Positions 1-8,919 of a stretch of DNA of 46,623 nt are shown in pieces (within the stretch, counting starts at the first letter, position 1; every line of letters begins with the position of its first letter). Position numbers and translations under genes: made by a program. Below the pieces are notes generated by a model. It did not search any database and had not been told where the DNA came from. It was given only the letters and a program-made list of their open reading frames with translations. Source of the stretch: a virus (taxonomy: Duplodnaviria; Caudoviricetes); IMG/VR virus record IMGVR_UViG_3300037743_000186, positions 1-46,623 of that record. One strand, 5' to 3'.

Positions 1-48
1 GTCCCTGGGGCTGGCCACCAGCGTTACGTTGTGTAACGCCCCCCCTAC

Positions 49-390
49 CTACCCCGTCCTGACCTGGGCTTTCTTGCGTGCGTTGCATGGTCGACATAGC
101 ACAGCGAGTGGGCCTGCCTCCGCGCCTCCGGCCGCGACGGCGATGATGTGATCAGCGGTCAGGTCGGTGGCGGGGTGGCCGGGCCGGCGCCAGCCGGGGC
201 ACCAGTTACCGACCCGCCCCCGGTGTTGAGCGACCGCCTCAGCTCGGCGTCGAGTCTCGGCGCTGGTGATCACCGGCTTGGCGGCGGCGCAGCGCGGGCA
301 GCGGCCGGACTGCCGCAGCCGCCTGCCCCGGCGCTTGGCCACCCCCTTGTCGACGAGGCCCCCGCAGTCGAGGCACGGCACCATGGGCAT
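49..390 (-). CDS. HNH endonuclease, terminase-associated type
   Basis: TADHII..GG....LAVLCRPCNARK HNH motif with N-terminal CxxC pairs. Last gene of the early arm, as in cos phages. ATG at 390 preferred over ORF-track 462. Confidence 0.85.
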   Translation of the reverse strand: MPMVPCLDCGGLVDKGVAKRRGRRLRQSGRCPRCAAAKPVITSAETRRRAEAVAQHRGRVGNWCPGWRRPGHPATDLTADHIIAVAAGGAEAGPLAVLCRPCNARKKAQVRTG

Positions 391-449
391 TTGTCGCCTA
401 TCCGACACTCCGGGGGCAGGGGTGAGTATGGCCCCCGATACTTGCGAGC

Positions 450-902
450 ATGAGACCCCCAACTCGCATCACCTGGTGGGACCAAGTGTTGATCGGCACT
501 GGCCTGCTCACGCCACCACCACTGACGACCCCGGAGGACTGGCAGCGGTACTCAGTGGCTGCTGCCCGGCGGCGGCAGGTTCCGATCGTGCTGGGCATCT
601 TGGCGCCGGTGCTGGTGTTGGGCAGTGTCCTGTGGGCGGCCCAGCCGACGGTCGACCCGGCCGAGCCATGCGCTCGGCTGGTGGCGCAAGCGGCCGAGGT
701 CGGTCAGATGAGGGACACCGTCGAGGACCTGGACGGGGCGATCGTCGCCTGCCCCGACCTGACCAGGTTCGCGGCCGCGACCAGCCAGCACCCGGAGCTG
801 CTGGGGGGCGTGCCGGCGCGGACGTGGGTGACCAACCGGTGCCAGTACGGACCGGTGGCGGTGAAGGGCTCGACTATCTGCTCGAACCTGACGGGTCGGT
901 AG
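450..902 (+). CDS. Membrane protein, opposite to arm orientation
   Basis: One hydrophobic helix (VPIVLGILAPVLVLGSVLWAA) followed by a 4-Cys domain; fills the gap between minus-strand genes. Confidence 0.6.
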   Translation: MRPPTRITWWDQVLIGTGLLTPPPLTTPEDWQRYSVAAARRRQVPIVLGILAPVLVLGSVLWAAQPTVDPAEPCARLVAQAAEVGQMRDTVEDLDGAIVACPDLTRFAAATSQHPELLGGVPARTWVTNRCQYGPVAVKGSTICSNLTGR

Positions 903-1155
903 CCTCCAGCTGGGCCTTCTTCGCCATCCCGAGCCGGGTGATGGCCACGGCCGCGTACCCGAGGATCGTGTCCGCGTCGTGCCGCTGGTGGAGGAGCCGG
1001 GCGAGGCTGAGCGCCACCGTGTGGGGTGGCTGGCCGAGCAGGTCCGCGGCGGCGGCGCCCACCAGGATGGTCAGCTGGTTGTCGGCCCGCTCCCACTTAC
1101 CGGCGAGTTCCTGGTCGCTTGGGGCGTCCCGCTTGATTCGCCGCGAGTTGCTCAT
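874..1155 (-). CDS. Hypothetical phage protein
   Basis: ATGA-coupled to upstream gene, GGAG RBS. Confidence 0.65.
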   Translation of the reverse strand: MSNSRRIKRDAPSDQELAGKWERADNQLTILVGAAAADLLGQPPHTVALSLARLLHQRHDADTILGYAAVAITRLGMAKKAQLEATDPSGSSR

Positions 1156-1364
1156 GGCTCCACCACGTTACGCAGGGCATCTCGAACTCGGACCGCGATA
1201 TCGTGTGTCTCGCATGGCCAGTCGGTCGGTAACTCGCTGGCCTCTCCGCACGTGGCACACCATGAGCCAGGCGTGGCGCAGTACCAGGCGCGTTGGTGCA
1301 GCGCGATCAACGTGTCCAGGTCCGCGAATATCCCGACCCCGAGTTGGGTGGGTACACCGCTCAT
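1152..1364 (-). CDS. Small Cys-containing hypothetical protein
   Basis: LH..CATC..WPCET motif typical of small actinophage proteins; ATG at 1364. Confidence 0.6.
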   Translation of the reverse strand: MSGVPTQLGVGIFADLDTLIALHQRAWYCATPGSWCATCGEASELPTDWPCETHDIAVRVRDALRNVVEP

Positions 1365-1427
1365 CGGGCACGCCTCGTCCGCATGCACTGTTGCGTTGCA
1401 CGATAACAGATCATGCCGCTGGCCTGC

Positions 1428-1625
1428 TCATTCCACGCTCGCAGCGCTATGCCAGGCCGCATCGTCCACCCGCCGCTGAAGCTCCGCCGGGGTCGGGTCC
1501 GGCGGAGGGCAGAAGCCGCAGCCGCACACCCAGTGCCGCTGACCATTGGCCAGGTCGCTGAGTGAAGTGACTTCGGCCGGGCTGGGGCACGGCCCTTCGT
1601 AGGTCGGCCGTCGGTCTACGATCAT
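1428..1625 (-). CDS. Hypothetical protein
   Basis: MIVDRRPTY... with GGAGAGGG RBS and CGCGFC; 3' end uncertain. Confidence 0.4.
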   Translation of the reverse strand: MIVDRRPTYEGPCPSPAEVTSLSDLANGQRHWVCGCGFCPPPDPTPAELQRRVDDAAWHSAASVE

Positions 1626-1653
1626 GCCGCTACCCTCTCCCTTGCTCGCACCG

Positions 1654-2076
1654 TTACCCCTCATCGACGACCAGCCCTCCCGCCCGGATCGCCCAGGAGG
1701 CGGACAGCTCCACCTTGAGCGGCACGGTGATCGTGGTCCGCGTTGCCTCATCTCCGGACGGGTCCAGCCACCGCATCCCCTGTTCGTTGCGCGCGAACTG
1801 CTGGATGGTCAGGCTGCCATCCTTGATGGTGGCCGCCGCATGGGCCGGAGTGTTTCGCGGCTCAACCCCGTTTGCCCTCAGCCACTCCATCAACCGCTCA
1901 TGCTGCGGACCACCGTGGGCCGCCTCGTAGACATACCGGCCCTCGACGCGGTCGACGGTCAGCCTGATGTCCAGGGGGTGACCGGGTAGGCGCATGTGCG
2001 CGTGCTGGTAGCCCTCGCGCCGGTCCGGGCACTCGGGGTCGGTGCACCGCTCTCCGCGCCGCTGCTCGATGGTCAT
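1654..2076 (-). CDS. Hypothetical phage protein
   Basis: ATGA-coupled, GAGG RBS, natural composition. Confidence 0.7.
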   Translation of the reverse strand: MTIEQRRGERCTDPECPDRREGYQHAHMRLPGHPLDIRLTVDRVEGRYVYEAAHGGPQHERLMEWLRANGVEPRNTPAHAAATIKDGSLTIQQFARNEQGMRWLDPSGDEATRTTITVPLKVELSASWAIRAGGLVVDEG

Positions 2077-2288
2077 GCCGTTACCTCACCCCATAGGTCG
2101 GACAGCCAATGCTCAGTCGGTCCCATCCGCGGCGGAATCCCGACCACCACACGGCCGGAACCGCCCATTTCGTTCAACTCGTCCGCGTAGCTCTGTAGGC
2201 CAGCGATGATCCGCGCCCTGGACTCGGATCGCTCCTGAGGCGTCGCCCCTTGCGGAATGTACATGCAGGGGTCGAGGTAGATCACCAT
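2073..2288 (-). CDS. Hypothetical phage protein
   Basis: Tiles the operon with overlaps at both ends. Confidence 0.6.
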   Translation of the reverse strand: MVIYLDPCMYIPQGATPQERSESRARIIAGLQSYADELNEMGGSGRVVVGIPPRMGPTEHWLSDLWGEVTA

Positions 2289-2869
2289 GCCGCTGACCTG
2301 CTCACGCTCGGTCGGCGACCCAGTGGGGTAGTCCCGACGATGCGGATCAGGGCACGCACGGGACCACCCATATCCGATGTCGCGGTCACGGTGTCGACGA
2401 TGCCGATGCCGAACAGGACTTCGTGGGGGTGGTCCATGTGTACCGACACCCGCTGGCCACGGACGGCGGCGGCCTGCTCCGTCTCCACCGACCAGGACGC
2501 CCGGCCAGGGATGGACTCGGGCTCGCCCGGGCGGCTGATCGTAGCCGGCTCCACGGCCTCACCGCAGATCGAGCACTCGTGCACCCTGACGGTGTAGCCT
2601 TCGCACCCATCAGCGCTGGTGCCATCGAGGTGGACGCCAGTGCAGGGCCGATGCTCGTCCTTGGTGATCAGGGTCGGTAGCTGTCCGTCATGGGTCCAGG
2701 CGTGATAGTGGCCCTGCTGGTCGACGTGCTCCCAGCCGGGATCCGGACTAGTCTTCGTGGCCACGGTCACGTCGATCCGCTCGATCTCGACCTCCAGCGT
2801 GCCGGGTACCGCTCGCCTGCCATCGATCACCACCAGGGCGCGGCGTTGGCTCCTAGTCTCGATGGTCAT
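2282..2869 (-). CDS. Hypothetical protein with Cys/His motifs
   Basis: MTIETRSQ start ATGA-coupled to upstream stop; GAGG RBS; HECSIC. Confidence 0.7.
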   Translation of the reverse strand: MTIETRSQRRALVVIDGRRAVPGTLEVEIERIDVTVATKTSPDPGWEHVDQQGHYHAWTHDGQLPTLITKDEHRPCTGVHLDGTSADGCEGYTVRVHECSICGEAVEPATISRPGEPESIPGRASWSVETEQAAAVRGQRVSVHMDHPHEVLFGIGIVDTVTATSDMGGPVRALIRIVGTTPLGRRPSVSRSAAW

Positions 2870-3714
2870 GCGCTGATCCTCTCTCTCATCGCGATCCGCA
2901 GTTTGTACACCTCGCCGAACCGGATCCGGCCAGCCACGGTCAGCCGGCGCCGGCTCGCCCACGAGCGGACCGTGCCGGCCGGGGTGGGCCAGCCGTGGAG
3001 GCTGAGCAGGTGGGCGCACTCCTCCGCGGTCAGCCGGATATCCATCGCGGTGGCCAGGATGGTCGCTGAGCGGTCGGTGGCGCTGTGGGTAGTCCCGCAC
3101 ACCGGGCAGTGGACGTAGGCCGCTCTGGGTGACGCTGACAGCCGTTGCCGGCACGGTCCGGCCGCCGTGGGGGCCAGGCACGGGCCGGCGTCGAGCCGGC
3201 GCGGTGGTGGCTGGTCCACGGCCGGCTCGATCCGGCCACACGCGTAGGACAGCTCATCCCACGCCTCAGCCGCCCACCGCTGGTAGCGGCACCACTTGAG
3301 CTGACCGGCCAGCCACCGCATCAGGCCCGGGGTGTCCTCAGGCAGACTCCATGGCGCGGCCTGGATGCCGTGGCGCCCCTCCAGCACCACCCGGCACCAG
3401 GTGACGACCGTGTTGCGCACCGCCTCCGCTGCCTCGGCCGCCAGCCAGCTGAACGGCAGCCCGGTCACGGTGCCGATGTCCTGGTCGGCGTAGTGGCGCA
3501 TCACCCCCGAGTCGGGGCGGATCGGCTGCGCCGGCGCACGGCCACGGGCGCGCGGTCCCGGCTCGGCCATCCGCGCCAGCCGGGCGACGGTCACCTGAAG
3601 CTCCGGCCACAGCTCGGCCGCGTCCCGGAGCTGAGCGGCCAGGTCACGCTCACACGCCGCATCCACCCAGCCGGTGTCGGGCTGGGGACGGCCGCAGACG
3701 GCACAGTCAGCCAC
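2866..3714 (-). CDS. Zn-finger plus C-terminal HTH DNA-binding protein (possible late regulator)
   Basis: CAVC..C N-terminus, GPC..C..CPVCG, C-terminal LTAEECAHLL..TVRSWASRRRL HTH; common near the end of actinophage early arms. Confidence 0.7.
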   Translation of the reverse strand: MADCAVCGRPQPDTGWVDAACERDLAAQLRDAAELWPELQVTVARLARMAEPGPRARGRAPAQPIRPDSGVMRHYADQDIGTVTGLPFSWLAAEAAEAVRNTVVTWCRVVLEGRHGIQAAPWSLPEDTPGLMRWLAGQLKWCRYQRWAAEAWDELSYACGRIEPAVDQPPPRRLDAGPCLAPTAAGPCRQRLSASPRAAYVHCPVCGTTHSATDRSATILATAMDIRLTAEECAHLLSLHGWPTPAGTVRSWASRRRLTVAGRIRFGEVYKLRIAMRERISA

Positions 3715-3907
3715 GCCCAACCTCGATCACGCACATCACCTCATCGGCTAGGTATCCGGCCGCCTGCTTCGCGCCACGCCGCGTCCAGGCGTAGCCATGG
3801 CCGACCAGTCCGTACCGGCCAGCGTGGACCAGCCATCGATAGCGCCACCAGCGTCCCCAGTAGCGCGGACAGATGGTCTGCCTGATCTTCACATCCGGCT
3901 CACCCAC
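3707..3907 (-). CDS. Trp/Arg-rich small protein (AWTRRGA family)
   Basis: GTG start with GGAGG RBS; shares motif with 13827..14060. Confidence 0.6.
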   Translation of the reverse strand: MGEPDVKIRQTICPRYWGRWWRYRWLVHAGRYGLVGHGYAWTRRGAKQAAGYLADEVMCVIEVGRG

Positions 3908-5174
3908 CGTCGCCACCTCCGTCCGGCTCCGGGCTGCCGGGGACGGGGTGGGTACCGGCGCGGATCTCGGCGGCCCACCCCCGCAGGATGGCCGGAGTCG
4001 GGAACTCATTCACGCCGACCACCTCCCTGACCCACTGGCCGGCGGCCCAGTCGAGCGTGTCGGCGGCGGCGTGCCGGTCCCGGGCCTCCATGTCCCCGGC
4101 GGCCCGCTCCCACAGCTCGGCGTCCCGGCGGGCGGTGGCCAGCTCCTCACGTAGCTCGATGATGCGCTGCCAGCGGGACGCAGCCTGCGAGCTTGCCGTG
4201 TCCAACTCGGCGGTCAGCTCGGCATGGTCGGCAGCCCACCGGTGGTTCGCCTCCACCGTCTCGGCCAGCTCAGCCCGGGTGTGGACCAGCTCGGTTGCCT
4301 CCCGGTCCCACCCGGCCCCGGCTGCGGCGGCGACCCCACGGGCAGTGGCCAGCTCGGCGCGTAGCCGCTCAACCACGTCCTGTTCGGCAGCCACCACCAG
4401 CACCGGCTCACCCGTGGCCATGCGCCGGTCATGCTCGGCCCCGGTGGTATCCCCGTCGGGGTCGGGGTTCAGCCCGACCGGTGCCGCACATAGGTCGAGC
4501 GCCTGAGCGGCAGCGGCGGTGCGTTGCCCTGGCGGCTCGTCCAGCTTCACCCCGGACGCCTCCACCCGCGGAGGCGGCGGGGCGGTCACCCCGTGCGGGC
4601 CACGCTCGAAGGCGGCCAGCACATCGGCGACCGGCTCGTCTGGCTCCGGGGTGTCGGCCGGCGGCGAGCAGGTGCCTGTGCCCTTGCAGTCCTCGCAGAT
4701 CCGCGAGGGCACCAGCGGGTGGGCGGCCGCACCGGTTCCTCGACAGTTCGGGCACGCGACGGGGTTGGCCCACGGGGTGAGCGTGCCGTCCTCGATCCGC
4801 TCGGCCAGGTGCTCCGCGCTCATCCAGTTCTCGACACGGCGGTTGCGCTGACCGAACCACCGCAGCGCGGCGGCCCACTCCCGCTGGCACCGAGCATGGT
4901 CGGCAACCCTGGTAGCCCACTCCTGGTCGGCGGTGGCCGGCTGGGGCGCGGGTGGGACTGTCAGCTGGTCCAGCCGCTCGTACGCCGTGGCGAGCCGCGT
5001 CTTCACCAGCACCAGGTCGTGTGCCAGATCGGTGGCCAGCTCATGCAATGCGGACCAGTCGCTGGAGTCGCGAAGCTCGTCGATCTGGTCGGTCACGTCG
5101 TCGGCCGGCTGCGGGGTGGGGTCGGGCTGGTCCGCCGGCTTGCTCGGCGGTGGTGGTGGCTGGTGGGTGGTCAT
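3900..5174 (-). CDS. Coiled-coil protein with DnaJ-type Zn finger
   Basis: CPNCRGTG and CEDCKGTG repeats; heptad-rich helical segments; start MTTHQPP with GAGGAG RBS. Confidence 0.7.
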   Translation of the reverse strand: MTTHQPPPPPSKPADQPDPTPQPADDVTDQIDELRDSSDWSALHELATDLAHDLVLVKTRLATAYERLDQLTVPPAPQPATADQEWATRVADHARCQREWAAALRWFGQRNRRVENWMSAEHLAERIEDGTLTPWANPVACPNCRGTGAAAHPLVPSRICEDCKGTGTCSPPADTPEPDEPVADVLAAFERGPHGVTAPPPPRVEASGVKLDEPPGQRTAAAAQALDLCAAPVGLNPDPDGDTTGAEHDRRMATGEPVLVVAAEQDVVERLRAELATARGVAAAAGAGWDREATELVHTRAELAETVEANHRWAADHAELTAELDTASSQAASRWQRIIELREELATARRDAELWERAAGDMEARDRHAAADTLDWAAGQWVREVVGVNEFPTPAILRGWAAEIRAGTHPVPGSPEPDGGGDGG

Positions 5175-5423
5175 CGGGTCTCCTCGGTGGTCGGTAGCTG
5201 CTCGCACGCCATGCCGTCCCCGTCCACGTCGAGCCCGTGCGGGTCGCCACGGTCGCGGTCGAGCTGACGCTGCGCCTCGGGCTGGGTGGTGAAGTCGTCG
5301 CAGTTCCGGTCGCCGTCTCCGGCGGGGCAGCCGGACAGGGTGAGCACCAGGGCGAGGCCGGCGGCGACCCGGCCGGTGGTCCCTGGTGGTGGGCAACGGA
5401 GGGTCATCGGGTCTCCTCGGTGG
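5169..5423. repeat. 22-bp direct repeat flanking the excalibur gene
   Basis: ggtcatcgggtctcctcggtgg at 5169-5190 and 5402-5423 (RBS + stop/start junction); 20/22 copy at 16976-16997. Confidence 0.9.
5171..5407 (-). CDS. Excalibur calcium-binding domain lipoprotein
   Basis: Lipobox LSGC, then NCDDF..EAQ..GDPHGLDVDGDGMACE (DxDxDGxxCE). Confidence 0.85.
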   Translation of the reverse strand: MTLRCPPPGTTGRVAAGLALVLTLSGCPAGDGDRNCDDFTTQPEAQRQLDRDRGDPHGLDVDGDGMACEQLPTTEETR

Positions 5424-5565
5424 CGGGGCCGCACGCCTCACAGTCCGAGTTCGGTTCGGTGCATGCCCAGCCACCGACGCCGAAGCTCACTGCGTGGCCC
5501 GTCTCCTTGACGTGTTCACGCGCTTCAACCGTTGCTAGGTCGTAGTCATGCGGGGTCGGGTTCAT
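5404..5565 (-). CDS. Small hypothetical protein
   Basis: MNPTPHDY..., AAAGGA RBS, ATGA overlaps. Confidence 0.6.
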   Translation of the reverse strand: MNPTPHDYDLATVEAREHVKETGHAVSFGVGGWACTEPNSDCEACGPATEETR

Positions 5566-5981
5566 GGTGGGTCCTTTCTGGCGAGCCGGGCGGTATGGCT
5601 GGCGGCTTTTCCGGCTGTTCTGGCGTTGGCCAGTTCGGCACGTAGCTTGGCCAGTTCCTGCTGCCGGCGCATTATGTCGGCTTCTCGTTGTCGGGCTATC
5701 CGGTTGAGTTCGTCTGTCAGTTTCTGTGGGCATCTGTGTTCGGCGTGAATGGTGCCGGTCGGATCACCGGCGATTATGGTGACGTCGCGGTATATGAGCA
5801 GCTGGTGTCTGTGAAGGTAGGTCCATCTGCCTTCCAGTAGTGCGGCTATTTCCTGTTGGGCGGTTATCGGCTGGGCGTCCACCCGGGTGGCGATGCCGGT
5901 GTCGATCGCCTCCAGCAGCTCGACCTGGCAGCGTGGGCAGGTTGCCCGCCGGGCGATGGTGGAGATCAGGTGCCGGCTCAT
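5562..5981 (-). CDS. Hypothetical Zn-binding protein
   Basis: MSRHLIS..CPRC...HAEHRC with coiled-coil tail; typical gene downstream of actinophage primases. Confidence 0.7.
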   Translation of the reverse strand: MSRHLISTIARRATCPRCQVELLEAIDTGIATRVDAQPITAQQEIAALLEGRWTYLHRHQLLIYRDVTIIAGDPTGTIHAEHRCPQKLTDELNRIARQREADIMRRQQELAKLRAELANARTAGKAASHTARLARKDPP

Positions 5982-6181
5982 GACGTGCTGACGTAGAAGT
6001 TTCGCTCGGCACGTGGGCATTCTTCGCGCATGAGTACGAGACAGCGGTTGATGCTGGTTTGAGTGGTGCCGAATGATTGTGTTTCGTGTCCGCAGCGTGA
6101 GCATTCGGCGATGACGGCAGGAATTGGATAGCCGTCGTCGTTCTCTTGCTCCGTTTCGTTCGTTATGCAGCTGATTTTCAT
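5978..6181 (-). CDS. Small Cys-containing hypothetical protein
   Basis: CSRCGH..C..CP; GAGG RBS; ATGA-coupled. Confidence 0.65.
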   Translation of the reverse strand: MKISCITNETEQENDDGYPIPAVIAECSRCGHETQSFGTTQTSINRCLVLMREECPRAERNFYVSTS

Positions 6182-6206
6182 GGTTTGGCCTCTTTTCCTC
6201 TGGATT

Positions 6207-6325
6207 CCGGTGGCAGGAGTGGCAGAATCGGCCTACCCCCCCCCACGCGCGTACACGTACACGCGCGTACACGCGCGCGCACGGACGCGTGGGGGGTGGG
6301 CTACTTCTGCCACTCCTGCCACCGG
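6207..6325. other. Probable replication origin: 21-bp perfect inverted repeat around an alternating purine-pyrimidine core
   Basis: ccggtggcaggagtggcagaa (6207-6227) / ttctgccactcctgccaccgg (6305-6325); directly after the primase-helicase stop. Confidence 0.6.
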
Positions 6326-6328
6326 TCA

Positions 6329-8836
6329 TCACGATCTGTCTCCTAACAAATCACTGTACGTAGTGTCGATTACAGCTCGTAGGTTCAGCCCACGTGACTT
6401 GTCGAAGCTGCTCCGAACCTGAACGATGCCATCTATGCTGGTCAAGCGGTCAACGATCTTACGTTCGCCCATAGCTGACCCGCCCTGTTCACGCGCCCAA
6501 TGGTTGAAAGCCCGGGCTAACATCCGCTGCGAGGACACCTCAGTGGGTGGCAGAACGCTACCCGGCGAAACTGCCACCCCGCCGGTGATCTCGCAGCGGT
6601 CTGCCACCCACTGACGTACCCGGTCCGAACGTTCTTCGAATTCCTGCCACACGTCAGGTGGGGTGGGCAGACGCCGACCGCGGGCCAGTAAGCGTTGGTA
6701 CGCCTTCACCCATCTGACGAGAATGCCTGGCAGTTCACTCATGATTGCAATTTCTATCTCAGGATTTTCGTGACCTGCGAATGAAGACGAGAAGGCGAAC
6801 GGTTTGATTCGTTCCACGTATGCCCGGGATGAGTCACCGATTGTTGGTAACGTATTCGCGCTGAACGCGAATAGTGCTCGGTTGGTGAACGTGAACTGGC
6901 CACCGTATTTCCGGTCGGCGTGTATGGGATCCTCACCGGTGAGCATCTTGAAAATGCTTATATCTTCTACATGGCTTGAGGATATATCGGCGGCGCTGTT
7001 TAGTATCTTCCCGTATACGTTGGCGGCGGCGAATCGGTTGTCTGTCAATTGGTGAAGAGTGACGGCGGATACGTTTTGTATGCCTGCTACGGCGGCGGCA
7101 ATGCGTAGAAAGGTGGACTTTCCAGACCGCGAAGGGCCGAACGCGAATAGTGCTCTGGTAGGAGTACGACTGGGGTCGAGCATGGTAGAGATCGTTTCCT
7201 CCAGGTCTTCGACCTGTTGGGGGACCCGGTCGTTGACCCACTGCTCATACCGGGGGCAGGTGGCGTCGGGGTTCCATGTGACGGGGATCTGGATGGCGGA
7301 CAAGTGGACGGGATCGTGTGGTGTCAGGTCTCCAGTGATGATGTTGAGCATTCCGTTGCGGACGTTGAGGAGCGGGTTGCGTGACTGTTCAGGCAGAATC
7401 TGCTCAATGGTGTACAGCCGCCCAGCGATGAACTCGGTGACGGTGGCACGGTGTTTGGGCGTGAACCGGTCACCCAGACATTCGGCGACCGCGGCGGACA
7501 GGGCCAGGGTGTCGAGCCGATACACGCCATTTCGGTAGATGGCTACTCGTTGTTCTCTGGTAAGAGCGCATGGCCACTGGGCGATCACCTCGGTGGCTAG
7601 CACCTGGGCGAGCAGCGCGCCGCCGTCGGTGAAGTACCGTGACGCCGGCCCCCTGCCGGTGACCGTGGCGACCGACGGCGACGGCGGTTCGGGGGTGCCG
7701 AGGATGGCGGCCATGTTGTCCTGGGCCTGCCGCTGGGCGTCGGGTAGCGGACCTCCGTAGCCGGCCCGGGCGAGCTCGCGGGTGGCCGCCCGGAAGTCGC
7801 CGCCGTGGTTGAGCAGGGTGTAGGCGGCGTGCTTGTTGTAGGACTGTCCGGCGGTGAACGGTGAGCCGTTGGTGGTGAAGCAGTAGAGCCGGTCGGTGCC
7901 CAACGCGTTGACGGTGGCTGAGACGCCGGTGGTTTTGCCGGGTCGGGTCCAGAACTGGACCGCGTCACGTTCGTAGGCCAGTGACCAGCCGGCCGGTTGG
8001 AGGATCTGGGGCCAGCTGCCGCGGCGGTTCAGGTCCTCACCCGGGTCGCTGTCGCTGCGGGGGCCGGCCGGCCCCGCGGGTGTGAGCGTGATGGTGTGCG
8101 ACACCGGCGGGGGGGAGGTAGGGGGGAGGGTACGCAGGCCTGCGGTGAGCGCGTCGTGCAGCTGCTGGAGGGTGTGACGTGGGCCGGTGTGGTCGAGGAT
8201 CCGGCAGGGTCGGGCCTGGCCGGCTTTCCGGTTGACGGTACCCGGGATGCGTAGGACACGGGCAAGGTCACCGACGCCGGTGCCGTAGTGCCAGCCGGCC
8301 CGTTCTGCCGCCGTGGCGATCACATGCTGCCAGAGGGCGGCCAGCTGGGCGATCTGCGCCCGGTTCCGGTCGTCGACGGCCACCGGCTGGGCGAGTAGCC
8401 AGATCGGGTACAGGCCGCCGCCGGAGTGGACCCACAGGGTGGGCACAGGTAGCCCGCTGGCGGCCAGCAGCATCCGGGCGGCGGCCTCATCCGGTGGCAG
8501 GTGGTGGCCGCCGTGCTGGGCAGGGTCGTGCTGGTGGCCGGGGCCGGCGAGGTCGAGGTCGGCCCACAGCGCGGGCAGGCTTGCGGTGTCGGCGGCGCCG
8601 CCGCGTCGGCCGGGTGCCAGCGGCGCTTTGAGGGTGGTGACCCTGGCGTAAATGCCTTCCCGTCCCTGCCGGTGCCAGCCGGTGACGTGGTTGGTGGCCT
8701 GGTCGAGGTCGGTGAAGGTGGCGCCAGCCCAGTCGCCCGTGCAGCAGATGTGGGTGAGGCCGTCGGCGTGACCGTGGAGCAGCCGCAGCCATTGCCGTAC
8801 CTGCTCCGGGTCGTAACCGCCGCCACCGGTGTCCAA
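6329..8836 (-). CDS. DNA primase-helicase (RepB'-like primase + D5/P4-type SF3 helicase)
   Basis: LWADLD, VHSGGGLY, DLARVLRIPGTVNRK primase motifs; LNVRNGML D5_N-like segment; Walker A GPSRSGKST; FKMLTGED.I.ADRKY; FSAN..P. Confidence 0.92.
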   Translation of the reverse strand: MDTGGGGYDPEQVRQWLRLLHGHADGLTHICCTGDWAGATFTDLDQATNHVTGWHRQGREGIYARVTTLKAPLAPGRRGGAADTASLPALWADLDLAGPGHQHDPAQHGGHHLPPDEAAARMLLAASGLPVPTLWVHSGGGLYPIWLLAQPVAVDDRNRAQIAQLAALWQHVIATAAERAGWHYGTGVGDLARVLRIPGTVNRKAGQARPCRILDHTGPRHTLQQLHDALTAGLRTLPPTSPPPVSHTITLTPAGPAGPRSDSDPGEDLNRRGSWPQILQPAGWSLAYERDAVQFWTRPGKTTGVSATVNALGTDRLYCFTTNGSPFTAGQSYNKHAAYTLLNHGGDFRAATRELARAGYGGPLPDAQRQAQDNMAAILGTPEPPSPSVATVTGRGPASRYFTDGGALLAQVLATEVIAQWPCALTREQRVAIYRNGVYRLDTLALSAAVAECLGDRFTPKHRATVTEFIAGRLYTIEQILPEQSRNPLLNVRNGMLNIITGDLTPHDPVHLSAIQIPVTWNPDATCPRYEQWVNDRVPQQVEDLEETISTMLDPSRTPTRALFAFGPSRSGKSTFLRIAAAVAGIQNVSAVTLHQLTDNRFAAANVYGKILNSAADISSSHVEDISIFKMLTGEDPIHADRKYGGQFTFTNRALFAFSANTLPTIGDSSRAYVERIKPFAFSSSFAGHENPEIEIAIMSELPGILVRWVKAYQRLLARGRRLPTPPDVWQEFEERSDRVRQWVADRCEITGGVAVSPGSVLPPTEVSSQRMLARAFNHWAREQGGSAMGERKIVDRLTSIDGIVQVRSSFDKSRGLNLRAVIDTTYSDLLGDRS

Positions 8837-8866
8837 CTACGTCTCCCTGGGATGGTTGTTGGCCTT

Positions 8867-8901
8867 GGCCCGCGACCCCCGGGGAAGTGGGGTCGCGGGC
8901 C
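8867..8901. other. 13-bp intergenic stem-loop between SSB and primase
   Basis: ggcccgcgacccc / ggggtcgcgggcc. Confidence 0.6.
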
Positions 8902-8919
8902 GGTGGACAAGGGTGCAAC

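Noticed and set aside
1361-1625. In-frame TGA at 1428 suggesting readthrough or recoding
   Set aside because: The downstream gene has its own ATG at 1364; a decayed or frameshifted small gene explains it equally well, and TGA is a normal stop elsewhere.
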